From Trichinella spiralis (Eukaryota), in contig NW_003526943.1 of NCBI RefSeq assembly GCF_000181795.1, positions 8,411,472-8,475,471 of the forward strand: a stretch of 64,000 bases of DNA, read 5' to 3'. Positions 27,744 through 43,879 of this stretch are shown one piece after another. The first letter of the stretch is position 1. Each line of letters begins with the position of its first letter. A model generated the notes under the pieces. The model had not been told where the DNA came from. It ran no database searches and worked only from the letters and a program-made list of their open reading frames with translations. The translations under genes and the position numbers were made by a program.

Positions 27744-27769
27744 ACCACCACCACCACCACCACCACCAC
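27744..27769. repeat. (CCA)n microsatellite; a complementary (TGG)n tract lies at ~27657-27671
   Basis: Read directly. Confidence 0.9.
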
Positions 27770-30700
27770 ACTATCAGCATTACATTTAGCCGTACATATT
27801 CTTCTGCCAGTGATGGCCGTGACCGGTAAATTGATAAATGAATGCACGTCGACTGGGCAAGTTCAATATTGAAAAATAGATAATTCCGTTATTGCTTTAA
27901 AACTTATCTGAAAGGCAAAATGACATCTGATTAATACTTCATACATTCACTTCATTCATGCTGTGTATATGGCATGTGACTTTGTTGAACAAAGCGACAA
28001 AAATCGAAATCAATTCACAAATTATTCGATACTTTCATTCCGTCCACAGACAAAGTGATTCCTCTCCTCTGTCAGCAAACACTAAAAGCTACGGATCTTT
28101 CTTGAACAGAAAAATTTTCATCATACAAACAATCTCCAATACACCGCTATTTTCATATTATTATCTATATTCTCCTGAAATTGAATCATGTTGTGAGAAA
28201 ATAAAACAAATTTTAATATTTTGCAACATTTATACTATTTATTATTAAAACAAGTTATACTAAACACTACACAATTTGTCAGAATAGACTACATTTCGAT
28301 ATATTTTAATACGTTTAATAGACCATCAAAAAATACCACTAACAGGTGAGTCTGTTACAATGCAAAGCAAAAAGTGAACAAATTCATTTAGCAATAGAAT
28401 GATTTTTGAAGAGAAAAGTTTTTTCTGAATAACAAGCATTTTTCTTTGCCCTTAACAAATAATATACTATTAGAAATGAGAGTTTTAATTTATTATTAAA
28501 CATGTTTTTCACGATATCAATAATTTGCAGCATTAACTGCACTATAAGTAGGCGAATACAAAAATTTTCAATTTATTAATTATTACGTTTGACTTATAAC
28601 GCACAACAGTTTGCATCATATTTATGCTTATTGAGAATTAATAATGCTATTAATGATAAATAAATATCAACATGGCTTGTATTACTAGTATACAATATTT
28701 GTAAAAAATACAATGAAATGTATTTTATTTAAATATGAATATGAAAGTATAAATCACTGAACAATATAGAAATGTTTTGCATTTGCAATGAAAATCGTAA
28801 ACCATTCATATAATATTACGCATAATACATAGATAGTGATAAAAAAGAAAATTATTAACCATTATTATTAGTAGTAGTAACAGTAGCAGTAGAAACTGTG
28901 TTGTGCCACTTTCTGTTAATGCAGAATTAACAGAATATCAGTAGGCAAACACATTCAAAGTATTATTTCATATTAATAACTATTTTTCAGTAAGTTGTTC
29001 TGAATGTGTAATTTAATTTTCTCTTCAGTTTATAAAATTTTATTCTGTTTATTCATTTTAATTTGATGAAAGAACATCATTTAAACTATCCTTCATCATC
29101 CTAATCGTTTGCTGCTGCAAATTAAATGTTGCCAATGAGAATCGCAAGTCAGTGAATTAAACAAAAAGGAAGATAAGAAGAAAATCTATATTTGATTTTA
29201 TTATGCAACAGACGTAACTCATTTTTATGCAACTTATATAATTTTTATTAACTTGTACGGGGAAGAGGCCAACTGCTTATATTCTTTCTACACGTGATCC
29301 AGCCATTTCAAAAGCGCGTTGCTTGGTAGTTATTTATTATTCTACAAATTTCCTTCCTTCTCATCATTAATTACATTACTTCACTGTTCGAAATAAAGCC
29401 ATAAATATAATATTAAACATAAAACACACTGATGATGGAAATTTATTCAAATAAGATATTGGAATTTTTCCATATCCAACTGTGCAGAATGAATTCATTG
29501 AAATAAACGAACGTGAAAGATAAGACGAGATTCAAATCACCCATTGAATGAGCGCTTACATATGAAAATACTTTAATGTCATAAAAAAAGAACACAAATT
29601 ACAAAATAATTAAAAAAAGTCCACTTTGTGTCCGTTTATCAATTTATATTTTCACTTACGAGGTCCACATTCACCCATCAACTTCCCCATAAAGCCCATC
29701 AATTGTTTCATGGAATCAATCAATCGTTCGTCAAAATGTAAAGTATCCAGAAAAAAATTACTCTGTTTAATTAAACATTAAAAATTAACAAACATCTTCC
29801 ACATTACCTGGGGTAAAATTTTGAAATATCAAATTCTTTTTCCCCTTAATCAATTACAAAATTTAAAATTCCATCTCAACATCAGAGACTCTGTTGTTAT
29901 AGTTAAATAAAAGAACAAAAATTACCTGATCATAAATAGAAAGCATATTTATTCATATTTATCATTGAATATAAAATGAAAATTATATTTAACATTGAAA
30001 ATAAACCTAAAAAACAGAATTATCATTTTATAAAAAAGAGATGGAACAAATCAAATAGAAACACCATGTTCAATCATAATTGACAAGAATTGGATTGAAT
30101 TGAAATGAAATGAAATGAAATGCACAAATATACTTACAAATAAATAAATGAATAATGTTTTCTTTTTTCTCTTATTATAACACGAGATGAGAGAATAGTC
30201 AATTAAAATGAGTAGTCAGTCGGCTTTGATTGCAATTTGAAATGAGCAAGATTGTTATGATTATGATTATTGTTATTTATTAAGAGCGGTTCTGATGAAA
30301 GGCCTTGAATTTAGCTTGTCGATTGCAATATTGAACTGTCGCACAAAATTCCGCTTGTCAAGCATGCTTGGACAAAAACACAGGGAATGAAAAATGGAAG
30401 ATCATTGCTATTCATTAAGAATTACAAACAATCCCACGCGTGTCTATAATTGCTTGAACTTAATTGTCAAAATTTGCCATAATTTCTTCATCGAGTACAA
30501 AATGACAATGCTCATTCAAAGTATGTTTGTTCAATGGAACAAAAAAAAATAAATAATTTGTAATGTGAATGAAAAAAAAATTAATAATTCTTCAAAAACT
30601 TACCTCTGTACAAAGTGAACATCTTTTTGAAAGTTGAAAAGTTGAAAACAAAGTAGAATATATTTTACAAAATTTGACCTACAAAAATAAAATTAAAAAT

Positions 30701-33700
30701 AATGATAATAATGCAAGCAAGATTTTATTTAAAAAGTGTTTTTATTAATTCGAAGCACAAAGTTTTCAATCAGAATTTTTAAAACAGTTTATTGCACTGA
30801 ATCGAAAAGAGCAGATTGAACTTTACCAGAGAAAAAAAACAATATGAATATTTAAAATGTTAATAATGTATTTTCAAAAAGCAGAATTCAAATGAATGCA
30901 ACAAATAACCTTCAAACAATTGTTCACAGTCGGAAATTGTTCCTTTGTCAAAAAAAACAACAAAATAATTGCTATTATGTTGCATTGAAGAACAAAAAAA
31001 ATACTAATAATTGTCCACATTCCAGTATATACATAAAATACATATCCAGTTGCTTGAAAATTCATAATCTTTTTCATTAATAATATTTTTTTAATAAAAA
31101 TAAATATTGATTTAAAAATGCTTTTACAATTTCAAAAACTAAAAGTCATTTATTATTAAAATAATAAGTTAGCACAAATTGAACACTTTTCTGGTGCATT
31201 TCAATACGTCACTGGTGTGTGACACTGCAAACTGACGGCGTCATTTTTTATTTTCGGCTAATTATTACTTATTCACTTTCTGCTTTTTGGCAATAACCGA
31301 CGGCCAAAGCGATATTTTTTTTCCACAAATTACTCACACAATGCTTAGCATTTTTACATTATTAAAAATACAAAACAAACAATTTTAATTAATTAAATCA
31401 ATCAAAAAAATGAAAACAGCCCTGCAATTTCTTAACGGCATTATAACACAATTATTTGGAAGAAAAGAAGAACAGAACAAAAGAGCACCGGATAAATATT
31501 TCCACTACAAATTAGATGGTACATTTTGTTCAGTTCAAACAACAAATGCTGACTTTTGTTGTATGCAAGAATGCTTTCTTTTAAACCGCGTATAATATTA
31601 ATAACCGCATTATCTTATATCTACTGCTTGCACAACATTAAGAAATATTTGCACTTTTATCATAATGTTATTTCTTTATTGTTTTCCTTATCAGTGAAAC
31701 AGCTGAACTTAATACACTGGACACACTGAATTAATGGTTAACCACACAGAGTTTTGGCCGACAAAAGTTGCTTTCAAAGTTTTCATTTCTACATAAGCTT
31801 ATATATGTATCGGAGAACAGAAGATGAAAATTCACTTTAAAATTAAAAAAAATATTCATCGAATAAAAAAAACAGAATACAAATATTACTACAAAAACAC
31901 CAAGCGACCAATTGAACAATAGTTACAATTTTCTCTGAAACATCAACATCAATTACTACGGTAATTCAGAATAATTCACGTACAGAAAAGTGAGTTGGCA
32001 GATACAGCAGAGACTGTAAGGATAAATAACTTTTCCGTTGAACACTGAGGATTAGATATTGCTTTTTTCTAAATTATTTATATTAACATTTGCATGCAAA
32101 ATAATTAGCTGATCAATTTACAATGGTTCAATTGAAGAAATTGACGAAAAGCGGCGTAGAAGAGAATATATTAAAAAAACGAACCGAATAAGTGGCGTCA
32201 TTTTTCGTTGGAACCTTTTTTGATGCACCACACAGAAGAAAATACCTCAGCGTGAAATCAATAACAACACATTTCCGTATTATATATATATCGAATTTGG
32301 TGGTTACGCGTCAGTTCCGGCGCTAATTCGTCAAACGTCAAAAATGCAAGCACGAATTAATTACACAACTTCAACGTTGTCATCGAATGAGAATACGTGC
32401 ACAATATTTTATTAACGTAATTCGTTTGGGAGTGAAAAAGCAAAAAACAAGAAGAAAAAAATCCAGACGGATGGACGACGATGCAAATTTGAAAATTTGC
32501 TCCTAATATATTTATTACTATTTTCAGATATTCTTCTATGGATGCATTAATTAATTTATTATTATTGTGACGGCTGCAGTGTATTTGAAAAATTGCAAAT
32601 CTTGTGCGTTATGAAAAAAAATGAAGCGTCATAAAACTGCGGTTTGACATTTCGAACAAAATCAGAAAACAAAGCTAAAAACCTAAAAGCATAGTTCACT
32701 CACTCTTCTCGGCATCAAGTCTGCTTTTTTTGACATTTCAAAAATAAAAAATAACACTAAAATTCATTCATCATCGACCAACGTAAAACTCGTCTTACTG
32801 AAATTAATTTTTAAAATATTTCATTAAAATATCCATAAAAGAATGAAAAAACTTCTGCATGCATGCTTTTTCTTATCATGCAAACAAAAGAGATACGAGT
32901 GATGAAAATGCCCCAGGGTCCAGAAATGAATTTTTTTAGTTTAAAAAAACAAATTCAATAGCATTCAGAAATTTGTAAAATTATTATTATTATTATTATT
33001 ATTATGCCGTTTTCATCATTAATTACACTTCAACAACTACTGCTCTATTATTAAACAAATAATCGTCTGGTCGTAAAATTGCATTGAATTCAAAGACGAG
33101 TTCCTCTACAGTATTGTATTCCAATTTTTGCATTGCATAATTCATCAGTGGCTGGAACTCATAATTTAATAATTTTCCATTTTTTTCAAAAAAAAACGAA
33201 TCAATAAGTGATAAATGAATTTTCAGTTGATAATTGTTTTTTTCCTATTTTACAAATTTAATTCAAAGTCATGCAAAAAAATTCAATTTTTCTAATCCGT
33301 TTGGAATATTATTTATTACACGCGCAACAAATGTGCAGTGAAAACGAGCTAACTGTACACAATTGTAATTCCATTCAACCGCATATAACAATCATCATTT
33401 TCAACGATGGATCAAAGTTTTGGCCAACAATTTATTTTTACCACCTCTTCACATCGGTATATATATACATAAAATATTTTACAATTTTAATTAATTTTAA
33501 TAATAACAGAAAATATTTATTAGCATTTTCAACAATTGAATGATTTTTTAGAAAGCATGCCGTCTCACTGAATGTGTTGAACATTGTTTTCTTTGTAATT
33601 ATCAATCAATATAGAAGAGAAAACAAATTACTTTTTTGATTAAATTATTCATTGTTGAAATTTGAAAATATTTTAACAAATGAAAATAAAAATTGGAACT

Positions 33701-36700
33701 GATGCTTTTCGAATTTGGGTGAAGTCAATCGGAAAGATCTGATTCTTCAAAAGCAAACAACAGCCGTGGCAATATAACTGATGATGATGATGATGATGAT
33801 ATTAGAGTGCGTGATTCATAAACTCCGAGACAACATTTTAACAAGCCGAACCACCCGTAGTGAAGCTCAAGCGAGCATCAAGCCATTCCAGATCAACGAT
33901 AATAGATGAATGGATAATGTGCACTGATTTAGAATGAATATCGAAGAAAATAATAAATAACAGGATTTTTCATCACAAGTACAAACATACGCTCACACAG
34001 CGCCTGTCAATGAGGTTTGTCTTGTTGCTATGCAAACGGTAAAGAGATTTTCATCATTATGCAAAGAAATCGTTGAAATTCAAAATTTCATTAAAACAAA
34101 TCGCTTTACGCTTTTATCAATCCCATCACCGACCAACCAGTAAAACGCAAAAAACACAACAACTCAGGTTCTCATTATCGATAATTTTTCCTTTTACACA
34201 AAATTTATGCAGTGATATATTGTCATATTAAAAAAAAATACAAATACACTGAATAAAACAGAAAAATAGATTGTTCTGCTTAACTCAGAAAGCATTTCTT
34301 GTTTCTTGAGTTAAAAAAAAGCATACATACCACCTCTTTGTCGTCTTCTTTTTTCCCTCTGTATTACACAGCAGTGACAAGAAGAAATTATCATAATAAA
34401 TTCATTTAAATTTGTCAATGTATTTATAAATTTGAAAAAGGAACAAATCAGTCGTGAAATTAATGCTTCTTGGTCTTATTTTTCCCTGTCTTTTTTTGCC
34501 TCAGCTTCGAAAAGTGATGACGATTCTTACGTTTCGACCCAACCAAATAATCAGCAAAAATCTGAGAATGTTTTATAATAATTATTGAGGCGTGATTTTA
34601 ACTAAAGACTCGGCCAGATGTTTTGCTGACGCTCAATTTGATGAACTGCTGCTGCTCAGCTGACGGCATTCGTCATAATTTCAAGTCTGCACTGAGAAAA
34701 TGCCTCTCTTGTTCAATAAAATACAACGATGGGAATGTGCAGTTTATTCACTTTTGAAACGTTTTGCAATTGTTGAAAATTCAAAAAACTTTTCCCTGAC
34801 ACTTTTTCTTCTTTTTCAATATTTCCATACTTACATATACGATATATATATACCTCAGTTTTTCTAAATTTATTTATTTCACAATGCAATATTATAAATC
34901 TCACTTCAACAATAATGCATAATCAATCACCCTGCTTCAAGAAATTGACGTCAAAAATAATATAACATTAATGCTTCATTATTTTTAATAATTAGAAAAC
35001 ATAACGATACTTCATTTTACTGATATGTGTCATATTTCATACAGTACTACCTACGTACGAGTGCCGTTTTATTACAAGCGAAAGAAAAACAGATGCTACT
35101 GTGAAAATATGTAACTTCTATATAACAATCACAACCGTGTATCGTTTAATGTAGAATACAAATATTTGAATTAATCAATTATTGAAAATTTTTCAAATAT
35201 TTGAACATCAAAACTAGAACATTTTCTGAAATGCACAATTTCTGAACTGTTAAAATTCCCTCATTAATTGCATTAGCACAAATTCACATGAACACAATCA
35301 ATATATTTATCGTTTGCTTAAAATCCCAGCTCACAACTGGCTGTAAACAAATAATTCAAATGTCTGCATTGGTTTTATAGTTTTCTACTATTCTTGGAAA
35401 ACGAAATACGTTCTAGCAAAGTTAGCATATTTGTTTGTATAATGCAAACTGCTCCATTGAACATGAACTTCAATGAAGAAACAATAAAATTGCATCTCTC
35501 GATTGTGAAATTCATATTAATGAAGTTAAAATTTTCATTTATAAAAACAATTATGAAATAAATATTGAAATTGAATTTCATTCCAATCAACAACAACAAC
35601 AACAACAAAATTACCACTTGTTTCTAATAACTTGATTATTGTATTGTCTGTAAATTGAAAATGTAAGAGTTCAGAAAATAAAATTATCCCACGAAGTGTG
35701 TCAAAAAAGAAAGAACCCATGCAAATTAAGTATGATTAAATTTCAATTTAAAAAAATTGAATTTTTCTTATCACAAATGAAAAATATTATTATTAAAAAT
35801 TAAAAAAGCAAAACAAAGATAATCACTTATGATCGGGTGAAGTTGTTTTGCATGAATGTGTCTTGTCAAAAGTTGAAATTATGACTGACTATAAATGATG
35901 CAGTTTGAAATTTGTTCTTCAAAAATTATGAAGAAAAATGAAAATAGCACGAAACTCTGCCGAACGTTGTGAAGCGTGAAAATGATAAAATGATGCGCTT
36001 GCATAATTCAACCAACACTATTAGCCTCGCTTTGCTTACTTTGCGCTCTCGACTGAGCAAAGTGAAAAAGCAAATACTCGGTCGGCTGTCATCGTCAAAG
36101 CACTTTGGCAAACATAGTTGTCGTTGTCGGCGACTTTTAAAAATATCAAAATACAGCACAAACACAGTAATGGATAACATTTGTGAAAATTATTTTTTAA
36201 TTTACATAAATAAAAACTGCTTGCTATGTTGCTAATGGTAGATAAGAAAAATTAACAACAACTATAAAATTATAATTCCTTACTTTTACAGTGAAAAAAA
36301 TATTCATCAAAATTTAGTTGATTAAATAAGTGTTACGTAATTTTATGTGAAAATAAAAAATTCTTACAATAAACGTACCGTTTTAGCTGACTAAATGTGA
36401 ACAAACAAAATGCAAATCATTTTCATCAACAATAGTTTGCTTGTCTTGATTGAAAAACTTTTCCATTATACTGGAACTAATAAAAAAAGTTCTTTTTCAA
36501 ATTCATTTCTCATTTCCACTCCCTTTCATTAATTATTAGTACTTTACATGAGGATATTTATGATGATAATTTCAGCTAGTTGGAAAAACAATATTATGTA
36601 GATCTTGTGAAAAACAGTCTGCAATCTGAAGGAATAAGAAAAAGAAAACCTCTTTGATGATTATTACAAGTTCTGAAAAATTAATTACCTCTCATGATCC

Positions 36701-37640
36701 GCATGACAAGCAGACTTCATTCGACATATTCCATTTGCAAAATTTTGTTTCCAGAGTTGTTCTGTAAAAACTCATCAATTTTTTATTATAAATATTAAAT
36801 GCCTTTTCTTCGGGTTTAGCAAATTGAAATAAATGAAAAAAACCAGCTTTAAGAAGCTGCAAAAAATCAATCATCTTTGAATTTATTTAATAATAATAAT
36901 GATGCCTTTACAATAACCACAACGCATAAACACACAAGTGTTAGGGAAATTTACATAAACCAAAACAGAAACAGTGAATGAAGAAGAAGCATTGAAGATT
37001 TTTTCCCCAGAATTTCCTCCAATTTTGCATTGTCAAATACAATCAGATCGATTCGATTTCACTGACCAAAAATTCACACGTTCCAAACATTTCACTGAAA
37101 TCATAAAAGAAGGCTGTTGTCAAATTATATACCATTCATTGATTTTCCAATAAGAAAATCATCCTGAAACATGGATTAATTAATAAGCTTCTTTCCTAAA
37201 TTAAGCTGCTCAAAAATTCAATCTCAGCTCTACAAAATGCGCAACGCTAACTGTGGGAGATAAAGTAAATATTTTAAATAAACAAAAACTAATAATAATA
37301 ATTCATCCAGCAGATTAACAATATTTTAAGTTTCAAGCAACATACAATTAACTAACTGCTTTCCAGTGATGAACTGCTAGTTCATACTAAAACTAACTGC
37401 CTACTTCATAATATCGTAGCGGAAACCTAAAAAAAACCAAAACAACAACAACAAGTTTATTAATTTTTTCTAAAAAATATACAACAAACATTCTGTTTTA
37501 CAAATTTGGTGATGCTTTAAAGTTGAACAATTAGAAGGCTGTTCAAGTGGCCTTTGCAAATACATTTACGGCAACAATACAATAGGCAAAAATTTAAATA
37601 AACTCCAAAATATTTTTCAACATATGAAATGAAATTATTT

Positions 37641-41406
<3,766 letters not shown>

Positions 41407-42277
41407 GCTTGGCTAAAATAATTTATTTCACTTGATTAAGAATTGAAACAAGAATAAGAAAGCCAACAAAATAAATAAAATTTCCTTTATTAACAGCTGC
41501 CCGATCAGTTGAAAGAAACTAATACAAATATTTTATAAAAAATTTTGATACTGAAAAAAACATTGATATCCATTTTGCTCATTCGAAGAAACTCAATCAA
41601 AAAATTTTAAATATGCATTACATATTTTTAAAGTTTTAATGCATAATAAAAAAGTTTATTAATATTAATGCGACTTATCTTTGTTGCAAAGAAAAAAGTT
41701 TGTAATTTAAAAAGTAATAATTTTATTTACACAAAAGTAGAAATAAAAACTGAATTAAGTAGACTGACAAGTAATTCAGTACAGTATAAAAAAATTAAGA
41801 TTTTATATCTTTATCATACTGTAATTAAAATCTTGATGTTAGCAAATGGTTTTGTAGCACTGCAAAACCGAATGATAGATTATATGATTGAAGGAAATAT
41901 GATTTGGATGATAATATTAAAATCTGAGCTATCAAAGTATCGTAAAATTAATAAATGTTAAAGCAGCTTCCAAATCCTATTTTCATGTCCTCAGGTTTTG
42001 CAGTATAACAAAATGTAAAATAGCATACAACTACGATACTTATTTATAATACAAATTTTTAAATTTTCTATATAGTGCTTTGAAAATAATTCACAAATAA
42101 GTGTTATTTCACATTTTATTGTAGAAGTTTCTTTATTTGTCAACTGTACCAGCTAACAATTATTTTTCGCATATAGTGTTAAGTGAAATTCAGTAAACAC
42201 CATTAACATTTGCATAACACTTAAAAATGAAAATCTAATGAACAAATAGAAATATACAGAAAAGTTAACTATGCTAA

Positions 42278-43879
42278 TTACAATGTTTCCGCTGAAGACG
42301 AAGGTTTATCTTCAGAAAACAACTCTGGATAAGAAAAATACAATTCTACTGGTTTGTTTTCAGCGCAGTGCTTTCTGGAAAGCATCTCTATGCTGCTATG
42401 TTCATTGTCCACTCGTATCATCTCTGAGTTTTCAGACATTATAAATAGTTGACATGGCACCGGGCATCCTTTTGTTTCATCGAAAGTTGCTAAACGGTCT
42501 AGAAAATCCAACAACTTCTGATCTACTGTACAATTTTTAGTGCTTTCGTAATCGAATCGAATTCGCATGGCCAAATAATCGATAACATGGTCAACTAAAA
42601 TGCATAACACATAAGTATCGTACAAAATATTAAATATACAATTAATCCAAAATTCCTCAACTCATTGAAATAAAAAATAAAAACTATACATTTTTACGGT
42701 AAATTAAAATTTTCCATTTATAATCATTTAAATACCGTAGCACTTAGAATTTCACTAAAAAATATGTACTGTCTTTTGACGACATGCTTTCAAAAACGCA
42801 ATAAAAAAACGGCTTTATAAATTTACAAAAACTCACTTGACACAAGAACATTAGACGTTAAATAGCGTGGTTCGGTCAGAAATGACGGAAAACTTTTAGA
42901 AAAAATCATATTCGGGTGTGGTTTTATCAGAAATCCAAACTATAACAACATATACTGAAAATAAACGAATGAACTATAATACGACTTACCTGTCTATCCG
43001 ATGTACTTGAAGAAGCTCTCGGACTCTCAGAAGAGCTTTCACCGTTTGATCTTTGCTTGGGATTCGCTGCACTTATTTCAGCTTCTTTTCTCTTTCGACG
43101 TCCTATATGCCATTATAAGGATTAATTAAAATATTAATATTCATCAATTACCCACTTTCACGTTCATCCATCATGCAAGCAAATCTGTTTAATCGGCGGA
43201 GTTGACTCTGAAATTTCATTCCTTCTTGTATACTTCGTTGCAAAGAAATTGTACTATGGTGTTTCTTCATTTTGTCAAATGCTTCCGCTTCCATCGCATC
43301 ATATTCTTCTCTACTTGGATAAATCTGAAAGCGCACAATTAAAAAAAAACTTTCTTTTAACAAAAGACAGTGCGTAAAAACAAAACATCTTTAAGCATTA
43401 TGTAATATTTACATTATGAATTGAATTAAGCAAGGCATATATAATTTTTCAACAAGAATTAAATCAACGATATCAAAGAAGTTAAAAAGCAGCAAATGCA
43501 GACGCAACTTTAAACTTTTAATAAGTACCTTAGTGATTATGCCATCAAAATTAGGATCCGGTCGAAGTGATCGTTTCGATACGAGCTTACATCTGCATGT
43601 TGGACATTCTTTATTTCCGCTGCGTAATGCAGTTGTTATGCAGTCCTGGCAAAAGCGATGTAAACACTCTTTAGTTGTCATTGTATTTTTCAACATGTCC
43701 AAACAAATCGGGCACATCAACTCAGAACTAAGACTTCTAGGAGAAAGACTTAAAACGGAATCATCAGTTATCGGGTCGTGTCGCACTCTTTGACGTTCAT
43801 AAGCAGTCATCTGCCAGACTTTCCCAGTGCTATTCGTAGTTTTGGAATTCTTTTCAGAATCATCAGATATGGTAGACAT
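42278..43879 (-). CDS. RNF2: Polycomb PRC1 E3 ubiquitin ligase RING1/RNF2 (Sce); RING finger plus C-terminal RAWUL; five exons
   Basis: [85 protein letters not shown], and the RAWUL-like [30 protein letters not shown]. Confidence 0.93.

Noticed and set aside
29025..29099. Minus-strand ATGATGA...CTGA pair ~75 nt apart
   Set aside because: No terminal stem and an extremely AT-rich interior, so it is expected by chance.
27173..36874. Many 60-96 aa ORFs in the non-coding tract, including a poly-Trp ORF at 27565-27780
   Set aside because: Low-complexity AT-rich translations with no recognisable motifs; the poly-Trp is just the (CCA)n microsatellite.
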